NCBI GenBank assembly: GCA_951406725.2
Contig: OX597814.1
Location: 142,910,001-142,974,000, forward strand
From: Octopus vulgaris
Lineage: Eukaryota
Length of the DNA: 64,000 nt
Direction: 5' to 3'
The notes beneath the pieces are model-generated. The model ran no database searches. It was not told where the DNA came from and worked only from the letters and a program-made list of their open reading frames with translations. Position numbers and translations under genes: made by a program. Below, one piece after another: positions 25,705 to 38,267 of the stretch (position 1 is its first letter; each line of letters opens with the position of its first letter).

Positions 25705-26035
25705 TCAAAATATATAACAGACTGGAATTGTTAGCCCGTCTCTTGTAATTTCGATCAATTGTATCTTGTCCTCCCTCTTGTATAGAAGTGTGGCTACAAT
25801 CCAGCCTACCTCTACTTCGGGGTGGGGGGCATTAAAAAATTTTTTTCCGGCACATCCTACGCCCCAGATATAAAGGTAAAAATAAAATATTTCTACTTTG
25901 CAAGTTCGAGTCGAGTACTCCCTTGCACGCTCCGTTGACTCGAACCTTGCTTCTATTGTGGCGAATTTACCGTCTCTGATTAGATACCCTTCATAGTCGC
26001 ACCAAGACATTTTTCGAAGGTGCTTTCTCCATGTT
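25705..26035 (-). pseudogene. Old ORF1 relic (family G), part downstream of the array insertion
   Basis: GYLIRDGKFATIEARF...PEVEVGWIVATLL...DKIQLI aligns with the ORF1 core of the other families. Confidence 0.7.
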
Positions 26036-26282
26036 GTTTTATTATTACCCACAAGGAGCGAACATAGATGGGACAATACAATCTGATGATGGGGTCAGAT
26101 ACACGATATGGGTTTTACAAAAAAGCGAATTTTAAAAATTTACAGAAAATTTACAAAAATAGACAGAAATCGAATGTTGGAACAGACCGGAAGACATTAC
26201 GGATGGAGTGGGTGCGGGTTTAGCTCGGACCCCACGAGCCCCGCCTCCCCACTGATACTTTTGGTTTCGTTTGGTTTTACAT

Positions 26283-29200
26283 TTATGTTGTATCATTCAC
26301 TCGCAACTTTCGTGCTACATCTTTCCATCGTTCTTCATACACTCTCTTAGTCAGGCATATTCTCTCCAGCCCTATCTTCCTTTTCAGGTGAAAGATGAAA
26401 TAATTCATCAAACCAGGGCCGGAGATGAACTTGCCTGACTGTAAACCTTTCATTCTTGTCTTCCATATCACCTCTTTCGCAATTGCTACTACAACGAGAA
26501 AATGAAACTTACCTTCATTCGCGAGGAAATCTGGTGGGTCAATTTTTGTAATCGACTCAGTCGACAGCTGTACTCTTCGTGTACTTGACAACAGCTGTTC
26601 GGCATAAACCCACACCTCAGACACGACCGGACAATGAACAATAGCGTGCGGGACGGTTTCCCTATCCCGCCCGCATCTTGGACATATCGGACTGTCTTGG
26701 CCACCGTGCCTTGCGAGTTTATCCCGAACAGGTAGAGCTCCTCTGTAGCATTGCCATGCCAGAGACTTCTGGAAATTGTCCAGTGTCTTCGGCTTGAACG
26801 TACGTCGGAACAGACTGGCCAGCTGATTATCATCGAGACCTAGGGTTTCCCCCAAGGTATCTTCACATTCCGCCTCTACCAACCCTCTATAGAAGAATGT
26901 GGTGGAACCCCCACCGCAGGCGTTGCCCGAGCGACGGAATAGCAGGAGAGCCTTGCGACACTCCGTGTACCAAGTACCAAGTTTCGATCTACGATTCAGC
27001 CAGGTTTCCCATCCACCGAAACTAGTGAACTTGGGAAACATCAGTTTTGCTAGCGGAGACCACAACCGTTCACCATCCAGGTAGAGCCACAGATGTCTTA
27101 ACCTCAGCGCATGTCTGCGCATCATCAGCCAAGGCATCCCTAGCCCACCCTTTAACGGTTGTTGACAGCAAGTAGAGCGTTTCACAAGTGGTTTCCCGCC
27201 CTTTCACAAGAAGTAGAAGAGCTGTCTTTCCAACTTGATCAACCACGAATCAGAGCAAGGAACGACGGAAAGGCGGTAGGTGATAACCGATGCGATAAAC
27301 ACATTGGCCACCTCCGCCCTCCCTTCCAGGGATAGCCACCGCCAAGACCAGGTCTTGGTTTCTGCAGCCACCCTGCTCGATACCTCGCCCCAATTCTTCT
27401 CTATTTGGAGGTCTGGACCGAACCAGACCCCTAGCAATTTAATCGGACCCTCCGTCCAACGTCCCACGACGCTGTCAGGAGGCATCGACTTGCCTCTCCA
27501 GGTGCCGAGTTGCAAGCCGACTGAGTTTTCGCGATTAACTTTTGCTCCTGTCACCGTCTCGTAAACCTCTATGACCTTGCCTACTTTACGTAGGTGGTCC
27601 ATTTCGGTTACGATGATGGTGATGTCATCCGCGTACGCTGACACCGATTTTCCACTACCTGGCTGTCTCGGGATGCCGCTCAGTTTTTGCAGTAATGGCT
27701 CAAGAGCCATCACATACAAAAGCGGGGAGAGCGGACACCCTTGACGAACCGAGCGCTTGATTTTGAACGGCTTCGACCCGAACTACCGAGTCGATGTTAT
27801 CGTAAATTTGGATAATCCATCTGAGGAAGCCAAGGCTCAGTCCGAACTGTGCCAGGGCAGATACCAGGTAACGATGGTCGACCCTATCAAATGCTTTAGA
27901 TTGGTCTAAATGGACCAGTGCCCCACCCTTGCCAGAATCACTATTAAACCCCTCTATAGTGTACCGCATAAGATGGAGATTATCCTGAATGGTTCTGCCA
28001 GGAACGGCACATGTCTGTGCCTCCCCGATCAGACCATCCGCGACACGCGCCAATCTTTTCGATAACACTTTGGCCAAAATCTTCAACTCTGTGTTTAGCA
28101 GAGTGATGGGCCTGAAATTATCAATGCACTCCCCCTTGTTCGGGTCCTTTCTGACGAGTGTCACTACTCCCCGGCGCACAGATCTGGGTATAAGCCCGTT
28201 CTGCTGCCAGTTCGCATAGACCTCCGCCAGTAGGTGCCCGAACAAGTCTGGCATACTCTTATATAACTCATAGGGTAGACCATCCAAACCCGGCGCCTTG
28301 CCCGCGCCGCAGTCCGCCATTGCCTCAACCACCTCCTCAGGCGTGATTGGCCCTTCACAGCCCTCCGCATCTCGCCCGGATAAGCGCGGCAGCCCGTCGA
28401 GTAGGTCCGTAAAGGCCCTCCTCCTATCCAGCCCGCCGCACTCACCGAAAAGCTGAGCGAAGTGCTCATGAAAGACCTCACACATCTCCTCGGGTTCGTT
28501 TATCAACTCACCTTGTTGGTTCGTCAAAGATCGAATCGTGGCATCATTACCATGCTGAGCTTCCACCACTCGGGCCCATCTCACGGCGTTGATTCCTTCA
28601 CAACCCATATGGCGGATCCTAGCCCTGACAATGCAGCCCATGTGTTTGGCCTCGAGGTGCTGGTTTAACACCAGTCTCTTGGACGCCACCTGAGCCGCAG
28701 AGCCAGTTTTCAAGGCTTCCTCTAATTCCTTAACTAGAGTAGTTTCCCTTCTAGCCTTTCTAGCCTCTCTAGCCACTACTCCTATGCTATATCTAATTGA
28801 CTCGAACTTGATGGCTCGTTTGAGGGCGTACCACCATTTGTTATTAATGATGGTACCAGATAGTGCCCTCTGTATTATATTCCTAATCCGGTCTTTGTAC
28901 TCCTTAATCGCCAAAAGGGACGTATTAAGTTTCCAGTAACCGGATCCTCTATTTTTAACCTTATCTATGTCAAGCTTACAGGTGACCATTTTATGATCAC
29001 TGTAGCTGATCGGGTAAAACTGTGGACACTTAGCTATTTTTCTGTCTACTTTTCTAATTAGTATTCTATCTAAATATGATCTGGAAGATCCGTCGCTGTT
29101 TGACCATGTCCACAATGGAGCGTTCGGAAATTCCAGCCTATAAGGATCTGCTAGCTCAAAGCGGCTTAGCAGTTCCATGAAGCCACTGTTACCTTTTCTA

Positions 29201-29561
29201 TCTGAACGCGAGCCAACACAATCTACATCCGCTTTGCAAATTGTGTTATAGTCTCCTAGCACAACTAATGAATGCGAAGTACCAAGAAAGTTTTCTAGTT
29301 CACGAAAATAATCACTTTGCCCTGTACTGTTGGGTGCGTAAATTGCAACCAGTCTGATAACTTTACCGTTACTGAACGTCAAATCCATGACGACCAGCCT
29401 ACCTTCTGGATCTGCAAAAATTAACTTTTTCTCAGAAACCCGGTTTCTGTAGCAACAATAACATCTAAATTACGCGACCTGATATCATGCAGGAAGCGAC
29501 CTTGCTTCCAGCCTGCTCCCAGGCCGCGCACATTCAAACAACCAACATAAATGCAATCCAT
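26283..29561 (-). pseudogene. ORF2: APE endonuclease, reverse transcriptase, C-terminal zinc finger
   Basis: MDCIYVGCLNVRGL start at 29561; AIYAPN, LGDYN, LDRIL, SDH, YWKLN; KAPGLDG, FRPITLLN, DQSKAFDRVDH, QGCPLSP, YADD; CPRCG..ETVPHAIVHC; split into frames 27700-29388, 27204-27719 and 26283-27185. Confidence 0.93.
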
Positions 29562-29599
29562 TACTTACCTTTATATCAGTGGTTCGGTTTTTTCTTTTT

Positions 29600-30961
29600 C
29601 TTCTTTGTTTATCTCTTTTTCTGGGCCTCGTGAGGGGGTCTGACGTAGGCCCTCGAATATATATGGGGATGTTAAATCCATTCTGAGCGGGCCTACGTCA
29701 TGAAAGAATTCGGACTTTATCCGCCCGTAATCCTTCCGGCCTATTCTGTAAACTATATAGTCATTCTTTTTCCTATTTTTTCCACTTTGGCCATAGCTGC
29801 CAACACGTTCCCGAGTCTGTTGTTTGATGCCTTAACGGCCATATATGAATTCATCGATTCTCTTTTCTTCTTTTGGATCACTCTGGGAGGGGTGGTTTCC
29901 GTTTTTCTTTTTTTTCTGGTGATTTTTGACCACCCCTCCTCATTGCTCTTTTTTTCCTCTGCCGCTGGTTCTGCTGCCTCTGTCACCTCCACACCTTCAG
30001 TCGTCCCTTCTGGGCCGCCCGGCGCTGCTTCTGGTGACACTTCATCTTCTTTTTCACCTGGCTGAGGTGCTTCCTGCGGTTTGGGTTGGGGTTGGCATTC
30101 CGCCCTTACATGACCCTTCTTGCCGCAGCCGAAGCACCTCGGCTTTCTGCCCTCTACGAAAACTTATTCTATCGTCTTCACTTATTTTTAGGGTTTCTGG
30201 AATCTCCTCCAGTGTTTGAATTTCTGCCTGAATGGCTATTACTATCCGCTGCTCTTTCCAGAATTCCTCCTCCTCTACTGTGGCCTGGAGGATGTTTATT
30301 TTTTCCTCCAGGCCTACCATGACTGCTGCCACCAGACATTCGGCATCTGCCTCTGGCGGAATGTTATTCATCGTGATTTTCGATGTTCTTTTTCCTCTAT
30401 ACAAGGGGAGGAGAACAATGTTCTCCACTTTTATTGGCTCCATCGACAGTTTTTTTGCTATCTCCTCTGTTGTGAAACGTACCTCTACTGTGCCGTATCT
30501 CTTTCCTCTGTTGATGTATGTGATCTTCTCCATTAATGGTTTTAAACAATTCTCGATTTTTTTTCCTCAATTTTTTGTATCATTTTGGTTGTCGTATTAA
30601 AGGTCTTATAGATTATTCTTCTTTTTTCGATTTCCTCATGTTTTTGGGCGTTTGAGACCACTGTCACTTCCGTGCCCTCTTTTGTAACACAGTCCGCATA
30701 TTTCTTTAAGTCTTCTACGTTTATTTTTTTGATTTTCTTACCAGCTACTTCTGAGAATTTTTTCGCTGGTGCTGGTGCTGGAGCAGGGGTTTCCTTTTTC
30801 TTTGGCGCCACCGCCTCTTTTTTCTTTGGCGACACCGCCTCTTTTTTCTTTGGCGACACCGCCTCTTTTTTCTTTGGCGACACCGCCTCTTTTTTCTTTG
30901 GCGACACCGCCGGAGATTCTTCTTCACTAGTCACGGGAGAATATGAGATGGGGGATTCCAT
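29600..30961 (-). pseudogene. LINE ORF1, frameshifted
   Basis: ORFs 30542-30961, 30054-30533 and 29753-30040; RGKRYGTVEVRF and IPPE motifs; knuckle in a shifted frame at about 30100-30150. Confidence 0.85.
30796..30912 (-). repeat. 24-bp coding minisatellite (AVSPKKKE repeated 4-5 times)
   Basis: TTTTTTCTTTGGCGACACCGCCTC repeated on the + strand. Confidence 0.95.
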
Positions 30962-31339
30962 CTCGAACAACAGGCTTAACAAGCCCTTGGTAAATCCAAG
31001 ATAAAGGATATTTTTCCCCCACGGAGGGGGGAACACCACCACGAAGTCCTCGCACGAAGGCTGACTTCAACAGTTGTACAGCAATAAACAAAGACAATTA
31101 GACACACAGAAAATTATAACGTAGAAAATATACACTAAGGAAAATTGTAATAACTTACTACACACGCGATTTGCGTTCCGCCATGTGATTTCTTTATTAC
31201 CCACTAAGGGGCTACGAAGAATGGCGGACATAACAAAACATGGGGACATAGAACATTATAATTAAACTTTATGAAAATGAATTGTTAAACGAAAAAAATG
31301 ATAAAATGAAAGCGATACCAACGGCCCCGTCCGTCAGCA

Positions 31340-32758
31340 TCACTTACCTGTCCTTTGTTTTTCATAGTCACTTGAATGTTCTTTGTCAATACGAATAAAT
31401 TCCATATCCATTCTTACTCCGAAATACTCATCCATATTTTCCACGAATTCATCGCTCATTCTTATATCTTTCACCTCCCAATTCTCCCTTTCACACCTCC
31501 CCATAAACTCACCTATGTTCTTCTTTTCAATCACAGCATACCTAGTCTCTCCAACATCATACCATTTATACTCTTCCATTAGACTTTTAACTTCTTTCTG
31601 TTCAGTCATAGTACAAATGTACGGCCTGGGTTCGATTTCAATCTCTTGTGTGTGTGTATTCTTTTTTTTCCTTTGTTTTCTTGTTGGGGGGGAGCGGGTG
31701 GGTTCAATGTCTGCATGGATAGGGTGGGACTCAGAGGGTGTGGGTGGTTTTGGGGTAGATTGGAGTTCCATATTATTTTCTTTTTTTCCACGTATTCTTC
31801 TCTTCCTCTTACTTCCAGCTTCCTTCCATTTCTGTGTATTCTCTTCCTCTGTTTCCTTCTCCTCTGGTTTCTGCTTCTCTCTCTCTGGTTCGGAATCCAT
31901 TTCTTTCCGTGGGGGAGGGCAGAAGGCTCTTATGTGACCCCTCAGGCCACACTTGTAACAACGTGGAGCCCTGCCCTCCACCCACACTCTCATGATCACG
32001 TCTCCCAGTCTGATGCTTTCCGTCAGGTCCACCAGTACCTCGGTCTCTGCCTGTACGTTCAGCTCCACCGTTACGCCTCTCCAGCCCTCGGACTTAACCG
32101 AGGCATGGAGAATATCCACTTCGTCCTCGTGGCCGCTGATCACAGCCGCCACAATCCATTCTGCCTCCACGTTTGGTGGCACTCCCTCCACCCTTATTCG
32201 TGTAATCCTCCTGTTTAAATACGTAGGTAATAGGGTTACCTTTTCTGACTTCACCGCCTTCGCCGCCATCTTCCTCGCTGCAGACTCAGTTTTGAAATGC
32301 ACAACTACGGTACCGTACTTGGATCCTCGAGTCAGAAAATTTATTTCCTCCTCAGTTCTTCGCAGGGCCTCCTCTATCCATTCCATGGTTACAACTTCTA
32401 CCCTCTTCCTTTCGTTTGCGAACACCCTGTAAATAATGGTCCTCTTATCATACCATTCCTTTCTCCTGGGTGTCGGTGATAGTTCCACCTCACCGCTTTC
32501 CTTTTTCATGTATTTCTGGTAACTTGGCAACTTGGCCATGTCTACCCCTTTCTCTTCCGCCTTCTTGGTTACACCGGCATAGGTATAACCCAGCTTCTCT
32601 TCCAAATTCCTTGCTGCCATTTCTAGCTCTTTCTCAGACGTAGGCAGGTCTGATAAAGACTCGAAAATTCCAGCCTTTTCTTCCATCAGCTTCATTGCAA
32701 TTGCCTGTTCCAGTTCCTCATCTGTCGTGGACAAGTCTGTTAGAGACTCATAGTCCAT
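31340..32758 (-). CDS. ORF1/gag-like protein, family A unit 1 (472 aa, intact)
   Basis: Acidic N-terminus, TYAGVT, RRM-like core, CYKCGLRGHIRAFC. Confidence 0.88.
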   Translation of the reverse strand: MDYESLTDLSTTDEELEQAIAMKLMEEKAGIFESLSDLPTSEKELEMAARNLEEKLGYTYAGVTKKAEEKGVDMAKLPSYQKYMKKESGEVELSPTPRRKEWYDKRTIIYRVFANERKRVEVVTMEWIEEALRRTEEEINFLTRGSKYGTVVVHFKTESAARKMAAKAVKSEKVTLLPTYLNRRITRIRVEGVPPNVEAEWIVAAVISGHEDEVDILHASVKSEGWRGVTVELNVQAETEVLVDLTESIRLGDVIMRVWVEGRAPRCYKCGLRGHIRAFCPPPRKEMDSEPEREKQKPEEKETEEENTQKWKEAGSKRKRRIRGKKENNMELQSTPKPPTPSESHPIHADIEPTRSPPTRKQRKKKNTHTQEIEIEPRPYICTMTEQKEVKSLMEEYKWYDVGETRYAVIEKKNIGEFMGRCERENWEVKDIRMSDEFVENMDEYFGVRMDMEFIRIDKEHSSDYEKQRTGK

Positions 32759-33073
32759 TTCCTTCTGTCTGACAGACCGAGAACGGCCGCCAAAATAGAA
32801 AAAGTGTAACGCGCTGAACGAGCGAAACGCGAAACCGCGTCAACGCCGTTCAGAACCTCCACAACAACAACAACGCTTCTTGTTCTTTTTTACCGAATTT
32901 CAGGAGCCGAAAAAAACACGTATTTCTTTATTACCCACTAAGGGGCTACGAAGAATGGCGGACATAACAAAACATGGGGACATAGAACATTATAATTAAA
33001 CTATATGAACATGAAGTGTTAAACGAAAAAAATGATAAAATGAAAGCGATACCAACGGCCCCGTCCGTCAGCA

Positions 33074-34492
33074 TCACTTACCTGTCCTTTGTTTTTCATA
33101 GTCACTTGAATGTTCTTTGCCAATACGAATAAATTCCATATCCATTCTTACTCCGAAATACTCATTCATATTTTCCACGAATTCATCGCTCATTCTTATA
33201 TCTTTCACCTCCCAATTCTCCCTTTCACACCTCCCCATAAACTCACCTATGTTCTTTTTTTCAATCACAGCATACCTAGTCTCTCCAACATCATACCGTT
33301 TATACTCTTCCATTAGACTTTTAACTTCCCTCTGTTCAGTCATAGTACAAATGTACGGCCTGGGTTCGATTTCAATCTCTTGTGTGTGTGTATTCTTTTT
33401 TTTCTTTTGTTTTCTTGTTGGGGGGGAGCGGGTGGGTTCAATGTCTGCATGGATAGGGTGGGACTCAGAGGGTGTGGGAGGTTTTGGGGTAGATTGGAGT
33501 TCCATATTATTTTCTTTTTTTCCACATATTCTTCTCTTCCTCTTACTTCCAGCTTCCTTCCATTTCTGTGTATTCTCTTCCTCTGTTTCCTTCTCCTCTG
33601 GTTTCTGCTTCTCTCTCTCTGGTTCGGGATCCATTTCTTTCCTTGGGGGAGGGCAGAAGGCTCTTATGTGACCCCTCAGGCCACACTTGTAACAACGTGG
33701 AGCCCTGCCCTCCACCCACACTCTCATGATCACTTCTCCCAGTCTGATGCTTTCCGTCAGGTCCACCAGTACCTCGGTCTCTGCCTGTACGTTCAGCTCC
33801 ACTGTTACGCCTCTCCAGCCCTCGGACTTAACCGAGGCATGGAGAATATCCACTTCGTCCTCGTGGCCGCTGATCACAGCCGCCACAATCCATTCTGCCT
33901 CCACGTTTGGTGGCACTCCCTCCACCCTTATTCGTGTAATCCTCCTGTTTAAATACGTAGGTAACAGTGTTACCTTTTCCGACTTCACCGCCTTCGCTGC
34001 CATCTTCCTCGCTGCAGATTCACTTTTAAAGTGCACAACTACGGTCCCGTACTTGGATCCTCGAGTCAGAAAATTTATTTCCTCCTCAGTTCTTCGCAGG
34101 GCCTCCTCTATCCATTCCATGGATACAACTTCTACCCTCTTCCTTTCGTTTGCGCACACCCTGTAAACAATGGTCCTCTTATCATACCATTCTTTTCTCC
34201 TGGGTGTCGGTGATAGTTCCACCTCACCGCTTTCCCCTTTCATGTATTTCTGGTAACTTGGCAACTTGGCCATGTCGACCCCTTTCTCTTCCGCCTTCTT
34301 GGTTACACCGGCATAGGTATAACTCAGCTTGTCTTCCAATTTCCTTGCTGCCATTTCTAGCTCCTTCTCAGACATAGGCAAGTCTGATAAAGACTCAAAA
34401 ACTCCAGCGTTTTCCTCCATCAGCTTCACTGCAATTGCCTGTTCCAGTTCCTCATCCGTCGTGGACAAGTCTGTTAGAGACTCATAGTCCAT
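33074..34492 (-). CDS. ORF1 family A unit 2 (472 aa, intact)
   Basis: Near-identical to unit 1. Confidence 0.88.
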   Translation of the reverse strand: MDYESLTDLSTTDEELEQAIAVKLMEENAGVFESLSDLPMSEKELEMAARKLEDKLSYTYAGVTKKAEEKGVDMAKLPSYQKYMKGESGEVELSPTPRRKEWYDKRTIVYRVCANERKRVEVVSMEWIEEALRRTEEEINFLTRGSKYGTVVVHFKSESAARKMAAKAVKSEKVTLLPTYLNRRITRIRVEGVPPNVEAEWIVAAVISGHEDEVDILHASVKSEGWRGVTVELNVQAETEVLVDLTESIRLGEVIMRVWVEGRAPRCYKCGLRGHIRAFCPPPRKEMDPEPEREKQKPEEKETEEENTQKWKEAGSKRKRRICGKKENNMELQSTPKPPTPSESHPIHADIEPTRSPPTRKQKKKKNTHTQEIEIEPRPYICTMTEQREVKSLMEEYKRYDVGETRYAVIEKKNIGEFMGRCERENWEVKDIRMSDEFVENMNEYFGVRMDMEFIRIGKEHSSDYEKQRTGK

Positions 34493-34825
34493 TTCCTTCT
34501 GTCTGACAGACCGAAAACGGCCGCCAAAACAGAAAAAGTGTAACGCGCTGAACGAGCGAAACGCGAAACCGCGTCAACGCCGTTCAGAATTTCCACAACA
34601 ACAACAACGCTTTTTGTTCTTTTTTACCGAATTTTCAGGAGCCGAAAAAAAACACGGAGCCGAAAAAAACGTATTTCTTTATTACCCACTAAGGGGCTAC
34701 GAAGAGTGGCCGGACATCACAAAACATGGGGACATAGAACATTATAATTAAACTATATGAACATGAAGTGTTAAACGAAAAAAATGATAAAATGAAAGCG
34801 ATACCAACGGCCCCGTCCGTCAGCA

Positions 34826-36245
34826 TCACTTACCTGTCCTTTGTTTTTCATAGTCACTTGAATGTTCTTTGCCAATACGAATAAATTCCATATCCATTCT
34901 TACTCCGAAATACTCATTCATATTTTCCACGAATTCATCGCTCATTCTTATATCTTTCACCTCCCAATTCTCCCTTTCACACCTCCCCATAAACTCACCT
35001 ATGTTCTTTTTTTCAATCACAGCATACCTAGTCTCTCCAACATCATACCGTTTATACTCTTCCATTAGACTTTTAACTTCCCTCTGTTCAGTCATAGTAC
35101 AAATGTACGGCCTGGGTTCGATTTCAATCTCTTGTGTGTGTGTATTCTTTTTTTTCTTTTGTTTTCTTGTTGGGGGGGGAGCGGGTGGGTTCAATGTCTG
35201 CATGGATAGGGTGGGACTCAGAGGGTGTGGGAGGTTTTGGGGTAGATTGGAGTTCCATATTATTTTCTTTTTTTCCACATATTCTTCTCTTCCTCTTACT
35301 TCCAGCTTCCTTCCATTTCTGTGTATTCTCTTCCTCTGTTTCCTTCTCCTCTGGTTTCTGCTTCTCTCTCTCTGGTTCGGGATCCATTTCTTTCCCTGGG
35401 GGAGGGCAGAAGGCTCTTATGTGACCCCTCAGGCCACACTTGTAACAACGTGGAGCCCTGCCCTCCACCCACACTCTCATGATCACTTCTCCCAGTCTGA
35501 TGCTTTCCGTCAGGTCCACCAGTACCTCGGTCTCTGCCTGTACGTTCAGCTCCACTGTTACGCCTCTCCAGCCCTCGGACTTAACCGAGGCATGGAGAAT
35601 ATCCACTTCGTCCTCGTGGCCGCTGATCACAGCCGCCACAATCCATTCTGCCTCCACGTTTGGTGGCACTCCCTCCACCCTTATTCGTGTAATCCTCCTG
35701 TTTAAATACGTAGGTAACAGTGTTACCTTTTCCGACTTCACCGCCTTCGCTGCCATCTTCCTCGCTACAGATTCACTTTTAAAGTGCACAACTACGGTCC
35801 CGTACTTGGATCCTCGAGTCAGAAAATTTATTTCCTCCTCAGTTCTTCGCAGGGCCTCCTCTATCCATTCCATGGTTACAACTTCTACCCTCTTCCTTTC
35901 GTTTGCGAACACCCTGTAAACAATGGTCCTCTTATCATACCATTCTTTTCTCCTGGGTGTCGGTGATAGTTCCACCTCACCGCTTTCCTTTTTCATGTAT
36001 TTCTGGTAACTTGGCAACTTGGCCATGTCGACCCCTTTCTCTTCCGCCTTCTTGGTTACACCGGCATAGGTATAACCCAGCTTCTGATCCATTTTCCTCA
36101 CTGCTATTTCTAGCTCCTCCTCAGATGTAGACAAGTCTGATAAAGACTCGAAAACTCCAGCCTTTTCCTCCATCAGCTTCACTGCAATTGCCTGTTCCAG
36201 TTCCTCATCCGTCGTGGACAAGTCTGTTAGAGACTCATAGTCCAT
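34826..36245 (-). pseudogene. ORF1 family A unit 3, 1-nt frameshift in a G run
   Basis: Extra G at about 35172-35179; may be a sequencing error. Confidence 0.8.
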
Positions 36246-36594
36246 TTCCTTCTGTCTGACAGACCGAAAACGGCCGCCAAAACAGAAAAAGTGTAACGCG
36301 CTGAACGAGCGAAACGCGAAACCGCGTCAACGCCGTTCAGAATTTCCACAACAACAACAACGCTTTTTGTTCTTTTTTACCGAATTTTCAGGAGCCGAAA
36401 AAAAAAAAAACACAGAGCCGAAAAAAAACGTGATTTTTTATTACCCACAAGGGGCCAACGAAGAGGGGGACATTACAAGACATGGGGACATGGAACATCA
36501 CAATTACATATATATGAGCAAAATGGAATATGAAAAATGATATATGAGAGTGATACCGACGGCCCCATCCGCCAGCATCACTTGTCTGTCCTTC

Positions 36595-37921
36595 TTCACC
36601 CATTTCAATTAGTATTCCTGTTTCACCTATCACAACATTCGTTTTTCTTTTAGCCCTCTCTATCCATTCATCTTTCATTTCACTGACTTCCAACACACAC
36701 CCTCTTCCTCTAACCTTGTCGCCAATATACCCGTATCATCACTATCCACAGCCGTGTAGCTCCAATCTTCGTGTTCGTACCACTTGGTTAACACCAGTTT
36801 TTTAACGTTTTGTATGTCTTTCCCATGTATAACAAATAAAAAATGGGTCTTGGGACTTTCTTTGCTCTGTGTGTCTGTTTTTATTTTTCTTGTAGGCGGG
36901 GAGTGGGTGGAATTACTGTTTGCAGGGGAAGGATGGGACTCCAAGGGTATGGGTGGTGTCGGGGTGGGTTGGGGCTTCGCACAGTTTTTCTTTTTCCTTC
37001 TTTTTCTCTTTGTTCCCGCTTCTTTCCACTCTTGTTGCATCTCCTCTTCTTCTGTCGTTTCCTTCTCTGTTTGTTTCTGTTTATTTTCTTCCTCTCCCGA
37101 GGCTTCCTCAACGCTTTCCTTTTCTTTTTCCTTTGGTGGGGGAGGGCAGTAGGCTCTTATGTGACCCCTTTGGCCACACTTGTAGCACCTGGGCGCCCTA
37201 CCCTCCACCCACACTCTCATAATAATATTTCCAGTCTTTATGCTGTCCGTAATCTCTCTATAACATCCGCCTCCGTTTGAATGTTCATAACCAGTGTGGC
37301 ACCTCTCACGCCTTCATACTTCATACTGGCGTGGAGGATGTCCACCTTATCCTCATTTCCTTTTATAACCGCAGCCGTTATTACTTCGCCCTCTAGGTGT
37401 GGAGGTATTCCCTCCACCCTAATTCTAGTTGTCCGCCTATTCAGATACGAGGGTAACAAGTAAATCTTTTCTGTACTCACCACCTTGGCTGCTACATTCC
37501 TGGCTGCTTTTTCACTTTTAAATTGCACCGTTATGGTTCCGTATTGTAATCCTTTCGTCATGTACACAATTTCCTCTCCCGTCTGCTTAAGAGCCTCTTC
37601 AATTGCTTCCATGTTAATTACTTCCATCTTTCTACCTCCATTCATAAATACTTTATATTTAATGGTTCTACGATGGAACCAGTCTCCGCACCCTACTGGA
37701 TGCAGCAGCTCAACTTCACCGTTCTCGTCCTCCTTCACAAATTCCTGGAGGCCCGCCAACTTAGCCAAGTCTATCTCTCTTTCCGTTGACTTCTTCGTTA
37801 CACCTGCGTAGGTGCCTTCCATCTTTTTCACCGCCAACTCCTCCTCAGATGTCGATACTTCCGTCGAAATTTCAGAGTAAATTCTCCCTTCCATCTCCTC
37901 CGCTTGATGGAGGCGGCTCAT
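36595..37921 (-). pseudogene. ORF1 family B unit 1, frameshifted
   Basis: ATG (MSRLHQ) at 37921; small indels near 37255 and in the 3' part. Confidence 0.8.
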
Positions 37922-38267
37922 AGTCGCCTCCGGCCGAGAAACGGCCTCCCGAACCGAAAAAGTGTAACGCGCAGAACCAGTGAGACGCGAAACCGCATTA
38001 ACTATGTTCAAAATTTTACACCAACAACCATTCACTTTTTGTTCTTTTTTCTTTTTACCGAATTTCACAGAGAGCAAAAAACCACAGAGCCGAAAAAACC
38101 ACGTGATTTTTTATTACCCACAAGGGGCCAACGAAGAGGGGGACATTACAAGACATGGGGACATGGAACATCACAATTACATATATATGAGCAAAATGGA
38201 ATATGAAAATGATATATGAGAGCGATACCGACGGCCCCATCCGCCAGCATCACTTATCTGTCCTTCT

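Larger units (their letters stand above)
26036..31186 (-). mobile_element. Near-full-length Tx1/L1-clade LINE (ORF1 plus APE-RT ORF2), disrupted
   Basis: Both ORFs present; 3' end GCTCCTTGTGGGTAATAATAAAA. Confidence 0.93.
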
